Shown: positions 1 through 13,459 of the stretch, one piece after another
How the letters are laid out: each line of letters starts with the position of its first letter
Numbering within the stretch: the stretch's first letter is position 1
NCBI GenBank assembly: GCA_049999805.1
Contig: JBNGIO010005900.1
Coordinates: 1-64,000 of the forward strand
DNA length: 64,000 nucleotides
Source: Folioceros fuciformis
Lineage: Eukaryota
Direction: 5' to 3'
The notes under the pieces: model-generated
Databases searched by the model: none
Told to the model about the DNA's origin: nothing
Seen by the model: only the letters and a program-made list of their open reading frames with translations
Made by a program: the position numbers and the translations under genes

Positions 1-3000
1 CGACCGGTCGCCCATGCCATGGCTGCCATGTTTTTTTAATCCCCGTGCTATGTACCTATTTCCGTGTTGAAATGCCTTTAATAAATTCCATGACGGCAAG
101 GGGGGAATATTTTTGGGATTTTGCAGCATTGTGACAGTAATTACTATTTCGGATGGGCACAATTTCGGGGTCATCGTCGGCCGTTCTGGCTATATTTGGG
201 GGACGGTGGGGCTGCCTATTTTATTGTGAAGTGATGTGAATGACGCCCTGTTTTAGCAACTCGGGAATCGTCACAGGGGAGACTGCGACTGGGACTGGGA
301 CTGGGAATGGGGACACTCATCGCGAAGCCAGGCAGAGAGCAAATCGAAGCCAAGAACGTTTGATAAAAGTGGTGGGAGTCTTCACAGGGCAGCAGAATAG
401 AATGTGTGTTGCACACCCTTCCACCTGCTCATCACTGAGAGACTTCTCCCTATCTATTCCTTTGGATCTCCATGTGGCCCTCCGGTTGCGCTTGCCATCC
501 CATGTGTTTATTAGTAAGCACCCCGTTCCTCTTGCTTTCATCTTATGCTGCTTCTTGTGCGTTTCCGTGTTGTTGCCGTCGTCGCTCTTGTTGTCGATGG
601 TGCTTTCCTTTGGCCTTGCCTTGCTTTGCCCTGATAGGAGACAAGGCACTTGTTTCCAAATAGAAGGTGTTGTTGGACGGTGGTTCATGCGCGACATGTG
701 CCAATCTCCCTTGACTCCCCTCCGATTCCTATTCTGGTTCAGGTCTCCTGTCCCGTCCATTCCCCTCTCCACTCCTCCCTTGCCATTTTTCGGCACAGGC
801 CAGCCAACCTACGAAGCGTGGTGGTTACGGTATCAATCAAAATGCATCCATGGCAAGCCGGAAATAGGACAAAGCCAAGGCACCAACCGACAAAGCAGGG
901 CTGGGTTGGGGTTGGGGCTGGAGCTGGGACTCTTGGGAGTGAAGGGGTCTGGTGTGTGGGAGTACCGTGAGTGAGTGAGTGAGCGAGTGGGAGGGAGTAG
1001 AGCAAGGAGTCAAGTCAAGGGGGACATGTCTGGGGGAGGGGAAGGTTGGTGAACGGTTGAGGTGAAACCGGGGTACGGGGTGAAGTTAAGCCTCGGGTGG
1101 GACCCGAGTTAGGACCGGCCGCCGCGAAGAGAGGGTGAGAGAAGGTGGGGGGCCAATGAGGACGCCGCCCGCCAGGGATTGGCTCAAAACTAAAGAGGTC
1201 GGGCAGGCAGGCAGGCTCCAACCGCCAGGGCAAGGCGGGGCAGGGCAGGCTAGGCCAGGGGCACTGGATGGATGGACGGATCTGTGTCCCCGGCGACGAG
1301 GCATGCAAGAAACCGTTTTATGGCTTGCGTTGCCTGAGGCGTAATGCTGTGCGTAACTGCAGCGGGAGGGAGGGGATGCGTAACTGTTGTGGTTGTGATT
1401 GTGCTGTTTGTGGAGCATAGGCAGAGCAGCTCGAGTTGGGTTAAGGGAGAAAGGGAGATGGGGAATCTTGGGGCTGTCTCTCCTCTCGGACATAGTAATA
1501 GGCTTGAGAGAAGGACGGAAGAAAGGAGCGCAAGAAGGGAGGAGGAACATGCACGTCGTTTGATGCAGGAAGAGAGTGGAGCCTTGAGGTGGATTGCGCA
1601 GCCAATGGGAAGGCGAGTGCGATGTTGTGGATGCCACTCCCAATACCTGGCCGGATCCTGCCCTAAAGTACCTTTGGGCAGCTGCGTGCCCGCCTGCTCG
1701 CTTGGTGCTTGGCTGGATAGGGCTGGGCTGGGACTAGGAGTCTGGGACTGGGGCATGAGGAGCCTTGCCTTGTCTTCTCCTCTCCCCTGCAACCTGCAAC
1801 ATGTGCATCGCACCGCATCGCATCGCATCGCACCGCATCTCACCTCATCCTTTTGCATCGGCATTCCCAACTCCTCCGGAGTCCCACCTGTTTGCCATTT
1901 TGTGGGTGAGTGTGCCGTAAAGCCAAGCGCAACCCTACTCCCGCAGGCAGCTCCCATGACCCCCAGTGGCATCTTGGTCAACTACTTGCAGCTGGTGCAC
2001 GCAGTTTGAGTTCCAGTTCTGACTCCAACCAAGCTGCATTGCGGATGCAACGGAATCTCGGAATTGCACGATGCAGGCCAGGCTCATGACCCTGCTTCAA
2101 CTACATATCTCTTCTCTTCTCTTGTCGTCGTCATCCTCATCCTCATCCTCATCCTCATGTTGTGGGTGCTGTGGTGTGATGAGATGTACATATTACATAC
2201 ATAGCTCAGCCAGCGCCATCACTCCCAAAAGCAAACCAAAAAGGCTGCCACTCCATACTCTTGCTTTTACCTTGCGTACACAAGCCAGCCTGCCTGACTG
2301 CGTGCCTGCCGTCCTTGCTTCAAATAACGAGCACGAAATGGGGAAAGAAAGAGCACAGGAAGTTCTAGAAGTCACCATGGTGGATCCAGGCAGCCAGCCC
2401 ATCCAGCAAGCCCGGGACAGCAGGGAAGGTAGAACCGTACAGTAGTAGAGCGCGCAGTGCAGTGCAGTTGCAGTTGCGTGGTGGGTTAGGACAAAAATAG
2501 CAGGCAATGGTAGGAGCAGAGGGTACACGCTAAATAAATGGTGGGCCGTGCCGATTTTAGGTCGGCTGGCCTCGCGTCTCCTGGCACCGCAAATCCACCA
2601 AATCCGCTAAATCATCACACGTCAGGTGAGCGATCTGCCGCTGTCCTAAGATAGCCACCCCCATAGTCCGCCATGTTCATCTCCCACCAACCCTTGCTGC
2701 CTTTGTCCTCTTCACGCACACCATAATTACACAACAGATAACGGACGCCACATTCATGCAATTATGTATGTATGTAAGTATGAATGTATATGCATATTTG
2801 TGTCTGTAAGTGCACACTCTGTTCCCTTCTCTTCTCTCCTCGTCTCCTCTCCACACACGCTCTCTGTTACTATTAATACAACACATACAGTAGTCACATG
2901 AAAAACCAAGACAGCCCTAACCCTAAATTCCACCAGCCTGGACGGGGGAGACAAATTGCTTTCCACCCTAATCTGGGAAATTGGGATCAAAGCGGTGGCC

Positions 3001-6000
3001 AAGGCCAAGCAGGGAGGGGAAGGGACAGGACAGGAAATTAGGGCAGAGATGATAGAGGCGAGGCGAGGCGAGGCGAGGCCAGGAGCCATGATGGGAGCCA
3101 AGCCCAGCACAGCAGCGGGTGGTTAAAATATGTATATCTGGATATATTATTAGAGGGCAAGTTTGTGTGGTTTGTGCGGGTGGGTGCATGGGCTAGCTAT
3201 TTGTGAGCAAGGCGATGAGCGAGTCCCCGGACCCGAGGCGGGAAGTGGAGAGAGTGTGGCGTGGCTTGGCCCGGCCAGTGGCCAGACGAGGGCGCCGTAC
3301 CCTTAGAATAAGCAGGCCGTTTGTACGCGCTGAGCTGCGCTACTCTGCAGTGCACTGAGCAGAGGAAGAGGAAGACGAAGACGAAGAGGAAGAGGAAGAG
3401 GCCAGAAGGCAGAAGCAAGACAGCAGTGCCTAAATGCGGGATATCCCATTAAATGGAAAAGGCGGTCGAGCGGGCAACGTGGAGCATGTGATGTTTTGTC
3501 CCTATTTCCCACCTGGAATTTCCAATATCACCGTCCTCCTGTGGGCGCTCAGATTCCTCTGCTGTACGGGGGCATGGGCATGGGCAGGGCATGGCAATGC
3601 GAGGTGTAATACCACCTATTTCTGGTGCACACAAAATAAAAAACCCATATCGGGGTTCCCTTTTTTTGGCACTGCCACTCTCCTCCTTGCTTTCTTTCCT
3701 GGCTGGTACAGCAGGCCGGGCCAGCCCAGGCCTGTGCTATGGTCCTCATTGTGCAGGCCAAGCCTGGCCTGTCCTGGCCTGGCCTGGCCCTCTTTTCCTT
3801 TTCTGTGCCAAGCGCAATCACTAGCACAAAAGCACAAGCCTTCACCCCGCCAGACGCAGGCCTATATCCGAAAGAGAGAGAGGTGGCAGCCACTCCAGTC
3901 CAGAGTGCAGTCCGGTCTAGTCCAAGTCCAGTCCATTCGCCAGCGTGAGGGCAAACTTGGGTAAGGCCACATGGATCCCCCTCTTACGTGGCCTCTGTGC
4001 ATAGCACTTTAGGAAGCAGTACATATTGGTGGGAGGATTTGTGTATGGCTGACCCCACATTGTGGGGTCGGTCGATCACACATAAATCTACTACTGTGTC
4101 ACCGCACTGCACCCATTTCTGTGGGGGAAATGGAAGTGAGGTGTGTGTGTGTGAACCAGAAACTTTGTTGTGCAGGAAGGGAAGGGGAGGGGAAGAGAGG
4201 GGAGGAGACGACAGGGGAGCATCTCCCCCACCCCCGTGACAGGTGTGGGAGACTAGGAGCGAGTACAAGGGAGGAGAATTTTATTGGAGGCCAGTAGTGA
4301 GATCAGGAAGGGGACGGGGACACGGACACGGACATGGTGCTCTCCTCAGCTCGGGATACATGCAGTGCAATACTATACAATACAAAACACAGGTAGGCAC
4401 AGCACAGGCAAGCCAGCGTACGGATGAGACATTTAGGAGGAGGAATATCGCGAAGCCCAACCCCGGCCCTAACCCCCAACCCGGCGATTGTTGCTCTCCA
4501 GCTCGGCCGGGGCTATTCTTGGCATGGCGATGGAGTAAGGGCGGGGACTTGCCACACCGATGATGCCTCGTTCGCGGGATGAGGAGAAAGCCGCAACCGT
4601 AAGGCATGGGCAGCCTCGGAATGCCGCACCCACGCGAGCTCACACATGTGGAGTAGGGAGACCTGCCAGAGGGCACATGGCCCATGCTCCTTTACACTCG
4701 TAACAGGGGAAAACCCTCCGTGTCGCTCTCTCGGGACTCGGGGATCGATCGGTTTAATGGAAATGCCATGACACATTACCCACTCATGCGATCGGATCTC
4801 TCCACCATCACTCACTTCCTCCGTCTGCGCCCTGCTGTCTGCTGCTGTGCAGCGTGCACTGCACGCCCTGTTTCTGGGCTCTGCTGTGTGGGGCAAGGCA
4901 AAGCCTTGTCTCTCCCCAGGCTCTGCACTGACGAGAAGAGAGACAACTCCTGATACCCACTCTAATAAAACGAGTGGTCTCCCTGCAGCTGATGCCCCTG
5001 CCCCAGCTCCAGCCCCCGCCCCCCCCTCCGCCTCAGTCCCCGCTCCCCTCCTAGATAGCCATGGCGTCCAGTCATGGACCAGCGAGCTGTAGCCAGTCCG
5101 CGCAAGGAGCTGGCCAGGCGGGCGACCGCGGCGTCAGGAGCCTTCAGACAAATGGGCCCAGGACCACAGCACATACAGCTTTGGCGTTTTCCTGTCCAAA
5201 ATTAGACCTCGGCCGCGCGTCATCCGGTGTCTCTCTCTGTGACCTCATCCGCTTTGAACATCGTTCTCCTGGTGGCCGCTTCCAGACCTGCAGACTCCTC
5301 CCCTCATTATTTTAATGTTTTTGGTGTGGCGGACTGGAGATATGGCCGGTGTAGCAGCTCTGTCTAGCCCCACAAGGCTGGGCCGGGCCAGGCTGGGCCC
5401 GACCTTGTGGTCGCAGTCACATGAATTTGAAGTCACGGCAGGGAGTCTGGCGATGATGAGGCTGACACACAGACACACACACACGCTGTGTGGGTGAAGA
5501 ATCGCATTGAAAGTTCAGCTCCTCTAGACCAGCTGCTTGCCTTGAGCTCTCAGCTGGTGGCACTGGAAGGGCCGGGACTGGACGGGACGGGGAGAAATGC
5601 CACACATCACACCAGACCAGGCCAGACCAGATACACCAGTGCAGGCCGGGGACTGTAAAACCTACATACAAACTGTACACATGTATCGTGCACTTCGTTG
5701 AATCTTGTATCATTCCAAGTGGATCGCTTCGGGCCTCCGGGGAGCTTTGTGGTGCAGCAGATTCGTGGGGGCCGGGCGGGGTTAAGGTCCGGGGAGTGAT
5801 TCTGCATCGGGGTGCGGCAGATGCTGCTTTGTGGAGCCGGAGATTCATCCGGAGTGGGATGGGATGGGATGGCGACGGCTACGGCCTGGGATGTGTCTCC
5901 GCGCTCTTCTCCCTGCTTCCATGCCCAGGCAATAGCGGACATCCTGTGGGAACCTTTGACATCGCCTTCTAGAAGGAAGAAGCCAAGGAGCAGGCCACCA

Positions 6001-7634
6001 TGGAGTTGCATTGCATGCATCCCAGTCCAATCGGAGGCCGGTTGCAACATGTCTCGACGTGGATGTGGGATAAGCGGAAAATTCTTATTCCTGCTCAGTA
6101 CAGTACTTTAACTGGGCAGTACAGCATTGTCGGGATTCCATGACACCCGGCTCCACACCTGACCGCGTGTCTGAACTGGTTGAATTACCGTCACTGTGGG
6201 GCGATTGTACTGTCGGTCCAGCCCGCGTGGAGGGGAGCCAAGCCTGGCCCGTTCTGCCCTCGCATTCAAGGCGGAGTGTTGGAGTAAAAGGGAGAGGAAC
6301 AGAAAGCACGGGAAAGGCAGAAAGAGCCTTGGAAAGTCCAGGCAGCCCTCTTTTCATGGTAACCACGGAGAACGCGTGATAGTCATGTCATCATGGACGC
6401 GGGACGTGGCTCGGGTGTGTCCTATGGACGGCGAGGACAGCGAGTGATGAGGGATAAACATGAGGAGAAAGCATTGTATTACACTGCCTGTTGTGGTGTG
6501 AGTGTGGAATCAGCCCGTCTTTGGCAACAACAGGTCGAAATCATGCACGGGTTTGGGGGATCACGCATCCTGAGCTTCAGCAGCAGCGACCTCTTGCAGT
6601 GGACGGCCTTGCTGCTGCTGCTGCTCCTCCTCCTCCTTCTTCCTGTTTGCCTGCACCGACCTCCGACAGCCGGATTGCCTTTGCCATGATCCCTACAGTT
6701 GGGTGAAGAAGCGACGGAAGACCCACAGAAGCTTCCGGGTGCTACGACATTCTCCCGGGCTAGCTTACCCGGATGCTGAAAGAGAAGGGGGTTGGTTGGT
6801 TGGTTGTACGAGACGTGTTGGGCTTTCATAGCGTCCAATGATTGTGCCCAGATTACAACCTGGAGATTGCTAAGCTTGGATACTTCCATCACACGGGAAG
6901 CCTACTCGTTGTTCAGCACACAGAATCCTGGTCCACGTTGCTGCTACAACTCGTCTTTCCAACTAAGACATTGGCAAGAGACTTCACGTCGCTGCACAGG
7001 AAGAAAGGCATGCATGATCCTGATTTAACAGGACCCAGCAAGGAGGGGTGTACCACGACTAGCTCATGGCAGTTTGCCCCTCTGTAGATAGAAAGATGCT
7101 GCAAATAGCGTGCCTTTTGCGTATCCTTGCTACCCTCTCTTTCTTGGAGGTTGGGCGCTTCGTACATGGTGGCTACTCGAACACAACGACAGATCATAGT
7201 AGACAGTGGTTGAATCCAAGAATGGTCGATTCAAGAGACAGGGACTCCTTATTACACATGGGGCCGAGAAAGCCCTGCAGCCACAGATAGCATCTGCCTT
7301 GCTAAAAACAATACCATGTTTCCTTCTTCGAGCTGAAGAGGCATGTCAGCAACGCAAAATATCCTTCGCTTGCTTCCTACAAAGAATGAATGCTGCCAAG
7401 GGAGTGAGAGCCCAAGGTATGGTTTTGCTGTACAAAAATGGGTATGAGCATTAGAATGAGGGTATCAGAATAACCTCATCGCCAAAAATGGAGGACCCTC
7501 TTCAGCCTAATCCCAGTAGTTGGAAGAAACACCGAGGAGGAAGAACTTGCCAGAAACCAGAAAAACACACCACCTCTCCTTGTCCACCTTGCACTTAGCA
7601 AGGGCTTTGACGTCCAACTTGCCAATCAAGTATA

Positions 7635-10417
7635 TTAAAGAGGAGGAAGATGTTCCAGTGGATCAACTGTGCGACCGTCCTTATGAATCTCAAAGTGAAG
7701 GTGAGGACCTGTGGAATGACCAGTATTTCCAGAGAGGGCAATGACTTGCCCCTTTCTTACGAACTGGCCGAGTCTGACATGCAGGTCGTCACAGTGGGCA
7801 TAGAGAGTTGCATATCCGTCCCCATGATCAACACAAACTGTCTTGCCGTAACCCCCTCTCCAGCCAGACCATGTAACCTGCACAAAGCCACACACAGCAG
7901 GGCCAGTCAGCATTCGCTGAGAGGAAGGAGAGAGGAAGCCCTCGGGCCACGAGACAGAAAGAAACCCACCTTGCCACTTGAAGCTGCACAAACTGCAGTT
8001 CCTCGTTCTACAGCAATGTCGATGCCATTATGAAAGTACCACCGTCCATCTGCAGATTACCGATTGTGAAACACTCCACTGCTCAGTATTGTTAGTCACC
8101 CTCGAAATATCCATCTCAGTTGACATGATTCACAGTAAGAGAAGCCAAAGTCGAGTCTCCACCTTTCCACCCATACAAGGAGCTCAACCAGCCACCTTCC
8201 ACCGGGAGACCGAAGGGCTCAGGTCGCCACTTCGGCAATACTGCAAGCACCAGCTTGTGTTTACAAATGTCTCGTAGAAGAGGGACTGTTTGCAAATTCT
8301 CCGGCCGCAGTAGATAAGGAAGAGGCGGTATGCGGTACAGCAATGGTGTTGTCCGTTTTCGGGGAGCAGGAATTATAAGTTCTTGTCCGAGATACAAGTT
8401 ACTGGATCCCTGCAAGCAACAAAAGTCCTTAGCCATGCTCAACACCACCACAGCCAACGATCGAGACACAGGCTTCTGCTCAGCAGAGAATAACTATGGA
8501 CGGAACCCAAGCCTCAGGTCAGTTATTCATCACATCCCAGGTGCGATGCACACAAATGCATTTGTGTGACATTTTCTGATTGCAGCTGCAATGAGATACT
8601 GTGGTGCACGAAGCTTAATGTCGCCAACCAAACGCATTCCGGAGTAAATCTTCTTCAGTCAAGGCTAAGGATATACCTGAGGCAAGTTGTTGCATCTCCG
8701 GATGTCATCGATTGTGACATTGTGATCTTCAGCAAGGCTCCACAGAGAATCACCCCAGTTTGCAATGACTCGCTTCTCTCTTCTCTGCTTTCGTTCCCCT
8801 GCGTGGGTTCGGGGACAACACGCCAACATTCAACATTGATGATAATGCATGTGGTCCTTCAGAACGAAGATAGATCAACATGAACAAATCAGTGGGTACG
8901 AGCAAGTGACTTACACACATTGCTCCGTTTGGATTGCTGACTTTTCCGTGGTATCAGGAGTGTCTGTCCTGCCTGTCATGAAAACAGACGAAACAATAAA
9001 CATCACGCAACACGAAGAATAGGTACTGATGCTGCACAAGCAATCACGTCCACCAGGAAAGGGTAAAATTGGACGCACCTTGAGAGATTCTATGTTGGCG
9101 ATGTTGTTCACTCTTTGCAGGATATCAATGGGAGTCCCGACTGTCCTAGATATTTCTGAAAGGCAATCCCCCGGTCTGACTACGAAGGTGGAGTACTCTG
9201 GTTGTTCCATAATAGCTTGCTTTGGCTTGTGTTTGATATTCAAGGACCATGACTGACTGCCGCAAGCCCATGACTGCAGGAAGCGTACCAAAAACCCTAT
9301 TTTATGGCCTGGATCCAGCAAAGGCGATCTCGGTGCTTCTAGTGTTCCATCACTGTGGGTTATCAATCTTTCGGGCTTCCAAGCACCTGCAGACCTATTC
9401 CTAGTCGTGGTGGTCATCGTTAGAAATTTAACTACTGAAGGATTGTCAATATTCCCAAGCAGGGCAGCAATCACTTGACAGCAAGTGTACTTGTGCTCCA
9501 CAGAACAGGAAAGCCGGATGAGTTATGTCACATTGACCGTGACATCTTCAGCTCTCCTGTGGCCGTGGTATCTTCAGCTCTCCTGTGACCACCTAATCCC
9601 ATTCACAGGTAACTGAATCCAGCCCCTGCTCTTTGCCACGTGCAGTAGCGAGGACAAATTCATAGTTAACGACTCCACCAAACCAAGCGCTGCTGCTGAA
9701 TCAAAGGATTTCCCTCCTGCTCGTCACGGAATCATGACCCTGCAACAAGTAATTCCCTCCCATTTCCGTGAATCGTCCTCAGACAAGGCACTTCTCTATC
9801 GACCAAAACTTCAACCAGACTGGAGGCGCAAAAACCAAGTGAGGAAAGCACCACCAGAGCTACCAAATCACACCACGACGCACACTTCAGACAAGGATCG
9901 CCCGAGGAATACGAAGACAAATATCTGACCCCACGATCCCCGCACACTGATGTTCCCGCACCCTCGAATTCCCAGGACAGCAAGCCGACCAGTGCGATCC
10001 ATTCCCGAAAAACGGAGACAGCAATTCAACCTCCATCGCAGCATCGAAGACCGGAGAAAAGCAGAGAGCAGAAAGTAGCAAGCAGCAGCTCCTCACCTCA
10101 CCTGGCGTTCCAAGAGAAGACCTTCCCTCCACCAACAGCTTCTCCAATTCAGCTCCAGGAACCCGGTCACGACCACCCAACTTCTTGGAATCTGCACAAT
10201 CCACGCTCGCGATCGATTTCAGAAGAGACACGGCCCAAACTCCGAGCTCCTTCCCTGGCGATATTATCTCTGCAAAACCCAGAGATTGGCGGAAGCGAGA
10301 GGAAGCCTGCGCAGCTCCGCTTCTTCTACCCGTGTCGAGGATGAACAGCACGTCACGCCCCGCCGGCGACCGCTGTCCTGCGACCGGTCGCGGCGGCATC
10401 ACAACGGTTACCTCCAT
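7635..10417 (-). CDS. DipM: LysM-LysM-M23 (LytM) peptidoglycan endopeptidase, DipM/NlpD-like, probably plastid-targeted; multi-exon, 5' exons uncertain
   Basis: Splicing by hand gives LysM1 YSTFVVRPGDCLSEISRTVGTPIDILQRVNNI (~9080-9200) and LysM2 VIANWGDSLWSLAEDHNVTIDDIRRCNNLPQ (~8677-8798). The M23 domain follows as PVEGGWLSSLYGW, then FHNGIDIAVERGTAV (~7970-8049), then GGYGKTVCVDHGDGYATLYAH...STGPHLHFEIHKDGRTVDP*. Introns are GT-AG. ORF 9887..10417 is taken as exon 1 (donor gtgagg). Confidence 0.85.
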
Positions 10418-10941
10418 CCGATAGCAGTTACTGCCGGGAGAAAATGGAAAGATGCCGTTGCCACCACCACTAACGGTAACGTCGCCTGATTAAATGCGGG
10501 CTTACCGTCTAAAGCCTGGGCGCGCCGACCGGTCGCGGCCGATACCGGGCCATCGAAAATGGGCATAGCCGTTGAAGCCCACGTCCGCCATAGCCGTTCA
10601 GCCGGTCAACATCCCAGAGTAAGCGAAGGGCCTGTTTGCGTTACCATGCACATGCCACATGCCACATGCCACATGCGTTCTTGCCGGCTGGTCCTGCTGG
10701 TCTCGTGACTGGTCAATCGTACACATTCACAATCGTAGGATTCTTATGCACGTAGATTGTACATCAGGGAGATGGACTGGCTGGGTACTTTCTTGCGTGG
10801 GGTTCCAAGACTTGAGTGAGCCATGGCCAATTGATCCCATGAAAGGCACAGTCTGTGTGATTTCTTTTGGTGTGCAACGCATGAAGTTTGGGAGACAGGA
10901 CGATGTGTCCTAGTTTGGGAGGATTTGTACTAGAAGGGCTG

Positions 10942-13314
10942 TTATGCAGGGGAACGCCTTGGCTTGCATGTTTCCCTTACTTCAGCCAGAAGGTGTGTTT
11001 CCATGAGGTCCCATGCGAGCTGGGATCCTTGTTCGCTGAGGTGTATCCAGCTATCTGAGCTTCCCGTGCAGCTGAGCCCCTTGGCGTTCATGGCCTTGGA
11101 GAGGAGGAGGATATCCTTCGAGCTGTACCCGGGGGTGTGGAACCGGATGTGTCCAGTCCTGGGATCACTGAGCATGTACCAGTAGGCTAATGCTCGAGGA
11201 GTTAGCCAGCGATGGATGAGCCTTGGAACAGCTGCTTTCCCACCGGGTCTGTACTGGGATGCGAAGAATCGAAGGGATGGGTGGCTGATGGTTAGAAACT
11301 GAAGCAGGCTGGGATAAGTACCATCTGGAGGTGGTGAATGGGTCCATCCGCCGAAGATGGCTTCCAGGTTCTGCAGGAGGCTTACCGCTACAGAGTTGGT
11401 TGGATCAAGACATAGTCTGACATGGAAGGTTAGGCCGGAATCGTCAGTACCCATGTGAGCCCCACCAAGCAATAAACCCACCAGTGCTTCTCTTCGGCAC
11501 GTGTCGAGAGTCAGGTCATGTGCTGCTGCTGGAGGCAATGCTTCGGATGAGGTGGTTGGAGAGGAGAATGCAGCTGTCACCACGTCTCTGTTCTGAGATT
11601 CGACCTCACAATGCCTGTTCATGACAGACAACACCTCCTTCACCTTGCTCAAGTTACCTTCTGTTCCATAGCCTTGAAGCATGAGGTTGTACGTCTGTTG
11701 ATTGGGGTGATAGCTGTTCAGCATGAACTCGAACACCTGCTCTGCTTGTTTTAGGAGTCCAGCTCTGATATAGGATTCGATGAGCGTGTTGTAGGACTCA
11801 CGGTTGGGACGGCACTGTTGTCCCTGCATCTGATCAAATGTTAGCTTGACCTTGTCGAAAGCCCCCATCTTGAGGTACATACCCATGATGGCGTTGTACG
11901 CAGGTAGCAATGGTGTCATGCCACTGGAGCGTAGACAGTCTAGAAACTCGAGGGCACAAGTTTCTTCGCCTGCGTCTGCCGTACTCTGAAGAACAACCAA
12001 GTAAGCTTTATAGCTAGGATCCATCCCCTTGCTCACCATGTCTTGAAATGTCTGATGAACTTTCCAGGGGAATCCAGCCCTTCCGTATGTCTTCATAGCC
12101 TGCAGATAAGCGGGCCCGTCGGGCTGCAGGCCAGCTTTAACCATGTCACGCCACGCTCTATCAGCACTTTCCACATCTCCTTCCTTGGCGCAGAGCTGCA
12201 AGATAGACGTAAACCCTGCTAAACCCAGTTTGAGTTGATTCCTCTCCATTTTCGCAACCACAGACCACAGCTGCCTCCTGTTTCCCATCCTGCCGTGGAT
12301 CCGCATTAGGGCTTCACACATCTCTGTGCTGAAGGGGTGCCCCGAGTTGACAATGTGGTGGAACACGACATCAGCATGGTCACCAAACTCAGCGACATCA
12401 TCAGCCATGCACACCAGGGCAGAGAAGAGCTTGTTCTGAACTGTCAACGGCGGATCATAGCCACCCACAAGAGTCATCTGGTTGTACACACTCCAGGCCT
12501 CCCTGACAGATGCCTCCTGCCCTTCCTTGATGTAAGCAACAATCACGGATGAGAAGGTAGCTGCATCAGGTGGATTCCCACTGCGCACGATAACGTCCAG
12601 AAGGTCGTGTGCCTTGCTTGCCTTCCTATCCAGAGCCAGCGAATTCGCTACCCGTGTTGTCAACCCGTACTCAAACTCGTACCAAGGCTGAGCATGTGCC
12701 CATTTGTAAACCTGTAACCCCAACAGATCACTAACTCTCAGCTCCAACTTCCTGGAACCCAAGCATCAATGACCAGGGACGATAAACAAGACCAAGGTCA
12801 AGCCGATACGTACATGGTAGCAGCAAACGAATTCCCGGAGGAACAAAAGTTGCTCCATCACCTTCTGCGCATCCACCCACTTGATCCATTTCCTCTGGTC
12901 CTTGAGCAGGCCAGCAATCTCACGCCCTCTCCGCACGGGCAGCTCCTTGCACAGCCACCCTATCCTCTTCCTTCTCCAGACCTCCTTGCTGGGGGCATCT
13001 GCCTGGTGCCCAGTATAGTAGGTGGTGGCCTTGTTTGACAACGGCATCCGGGGACCTAACAAGACGGGATCTACCTTTATCCAAGAATGGCAATCCAACC
13101 CTTGCTCCCCATCCCCTGTACCTGTACAAACCACAAGCACGGGGTGCCATGGGCTGCATAGCTTTCGCCCTCTGCCAGCTGATGCTCGGTGGAATCCCGA
13201 TCTCCACGAGAAAGCGGCAGCTGATGCTGGGAGGAATCCCGATCTCCACGAGACAGCGGCGCCCCACGCAGGCGACCTGCCGACCGTCGAGGTCACGCAC
13301 CTCTGCTCCCACAT
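10942..13314 (-). CDS. OTP51: P-class PPR protein with C-terminal LAGLIDADG-like domain (organellar intron splicing factor); 2 exons, intron 12712-12813
   Basis: N-terminal WLCKELP and YKWAHAQPWYEFEY segments, about 9 P-type PPR repeats, and C-terminal REALVGLLLGG...PRLIHRWLTPRALAYWYM as in OTP51. A GT-AG intron joins ORFs 12766..13314 and 10942..12762 in frame. Confidence 0.9.
13176..13260. repeat. Two-copy ~42-bp tandem repeat in the OTP51 N-terminal coding region
   Basis: cagctgatgct-gg--ggaatcccgatctccacgaga occurs twice and encodes WRSGFLPASAAAFS / WRSGFHRASAG on the minus strand. Confidence 0.85.
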
Positions 13315-13459
13315 TGGCAGCCTTCACTGTCAGAACCCACAAGGCTTCACACGGGATCGCATCGTTCCGTAAAGTCCGGTTTGCTCGGGCTCCCGGAGAT
13401 ATCGACAATTTACGCCAGCTGCCGGTCGCTGCCGCCCCCTGGAGTGATTGTGGGCTGTT

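Noticed and set aside
240-2009. Long ORFs 240..974, 1250..1981 and 1344..2009
   Set aside because: Low-complexity, microsatellite-derived composition with no recognisable domain.
6558-6578. tcctgagctt resembling a miR390 site
   Set aside because: Only about 10 nt match, the rest does not pair, and no second site or hairpin was seen.
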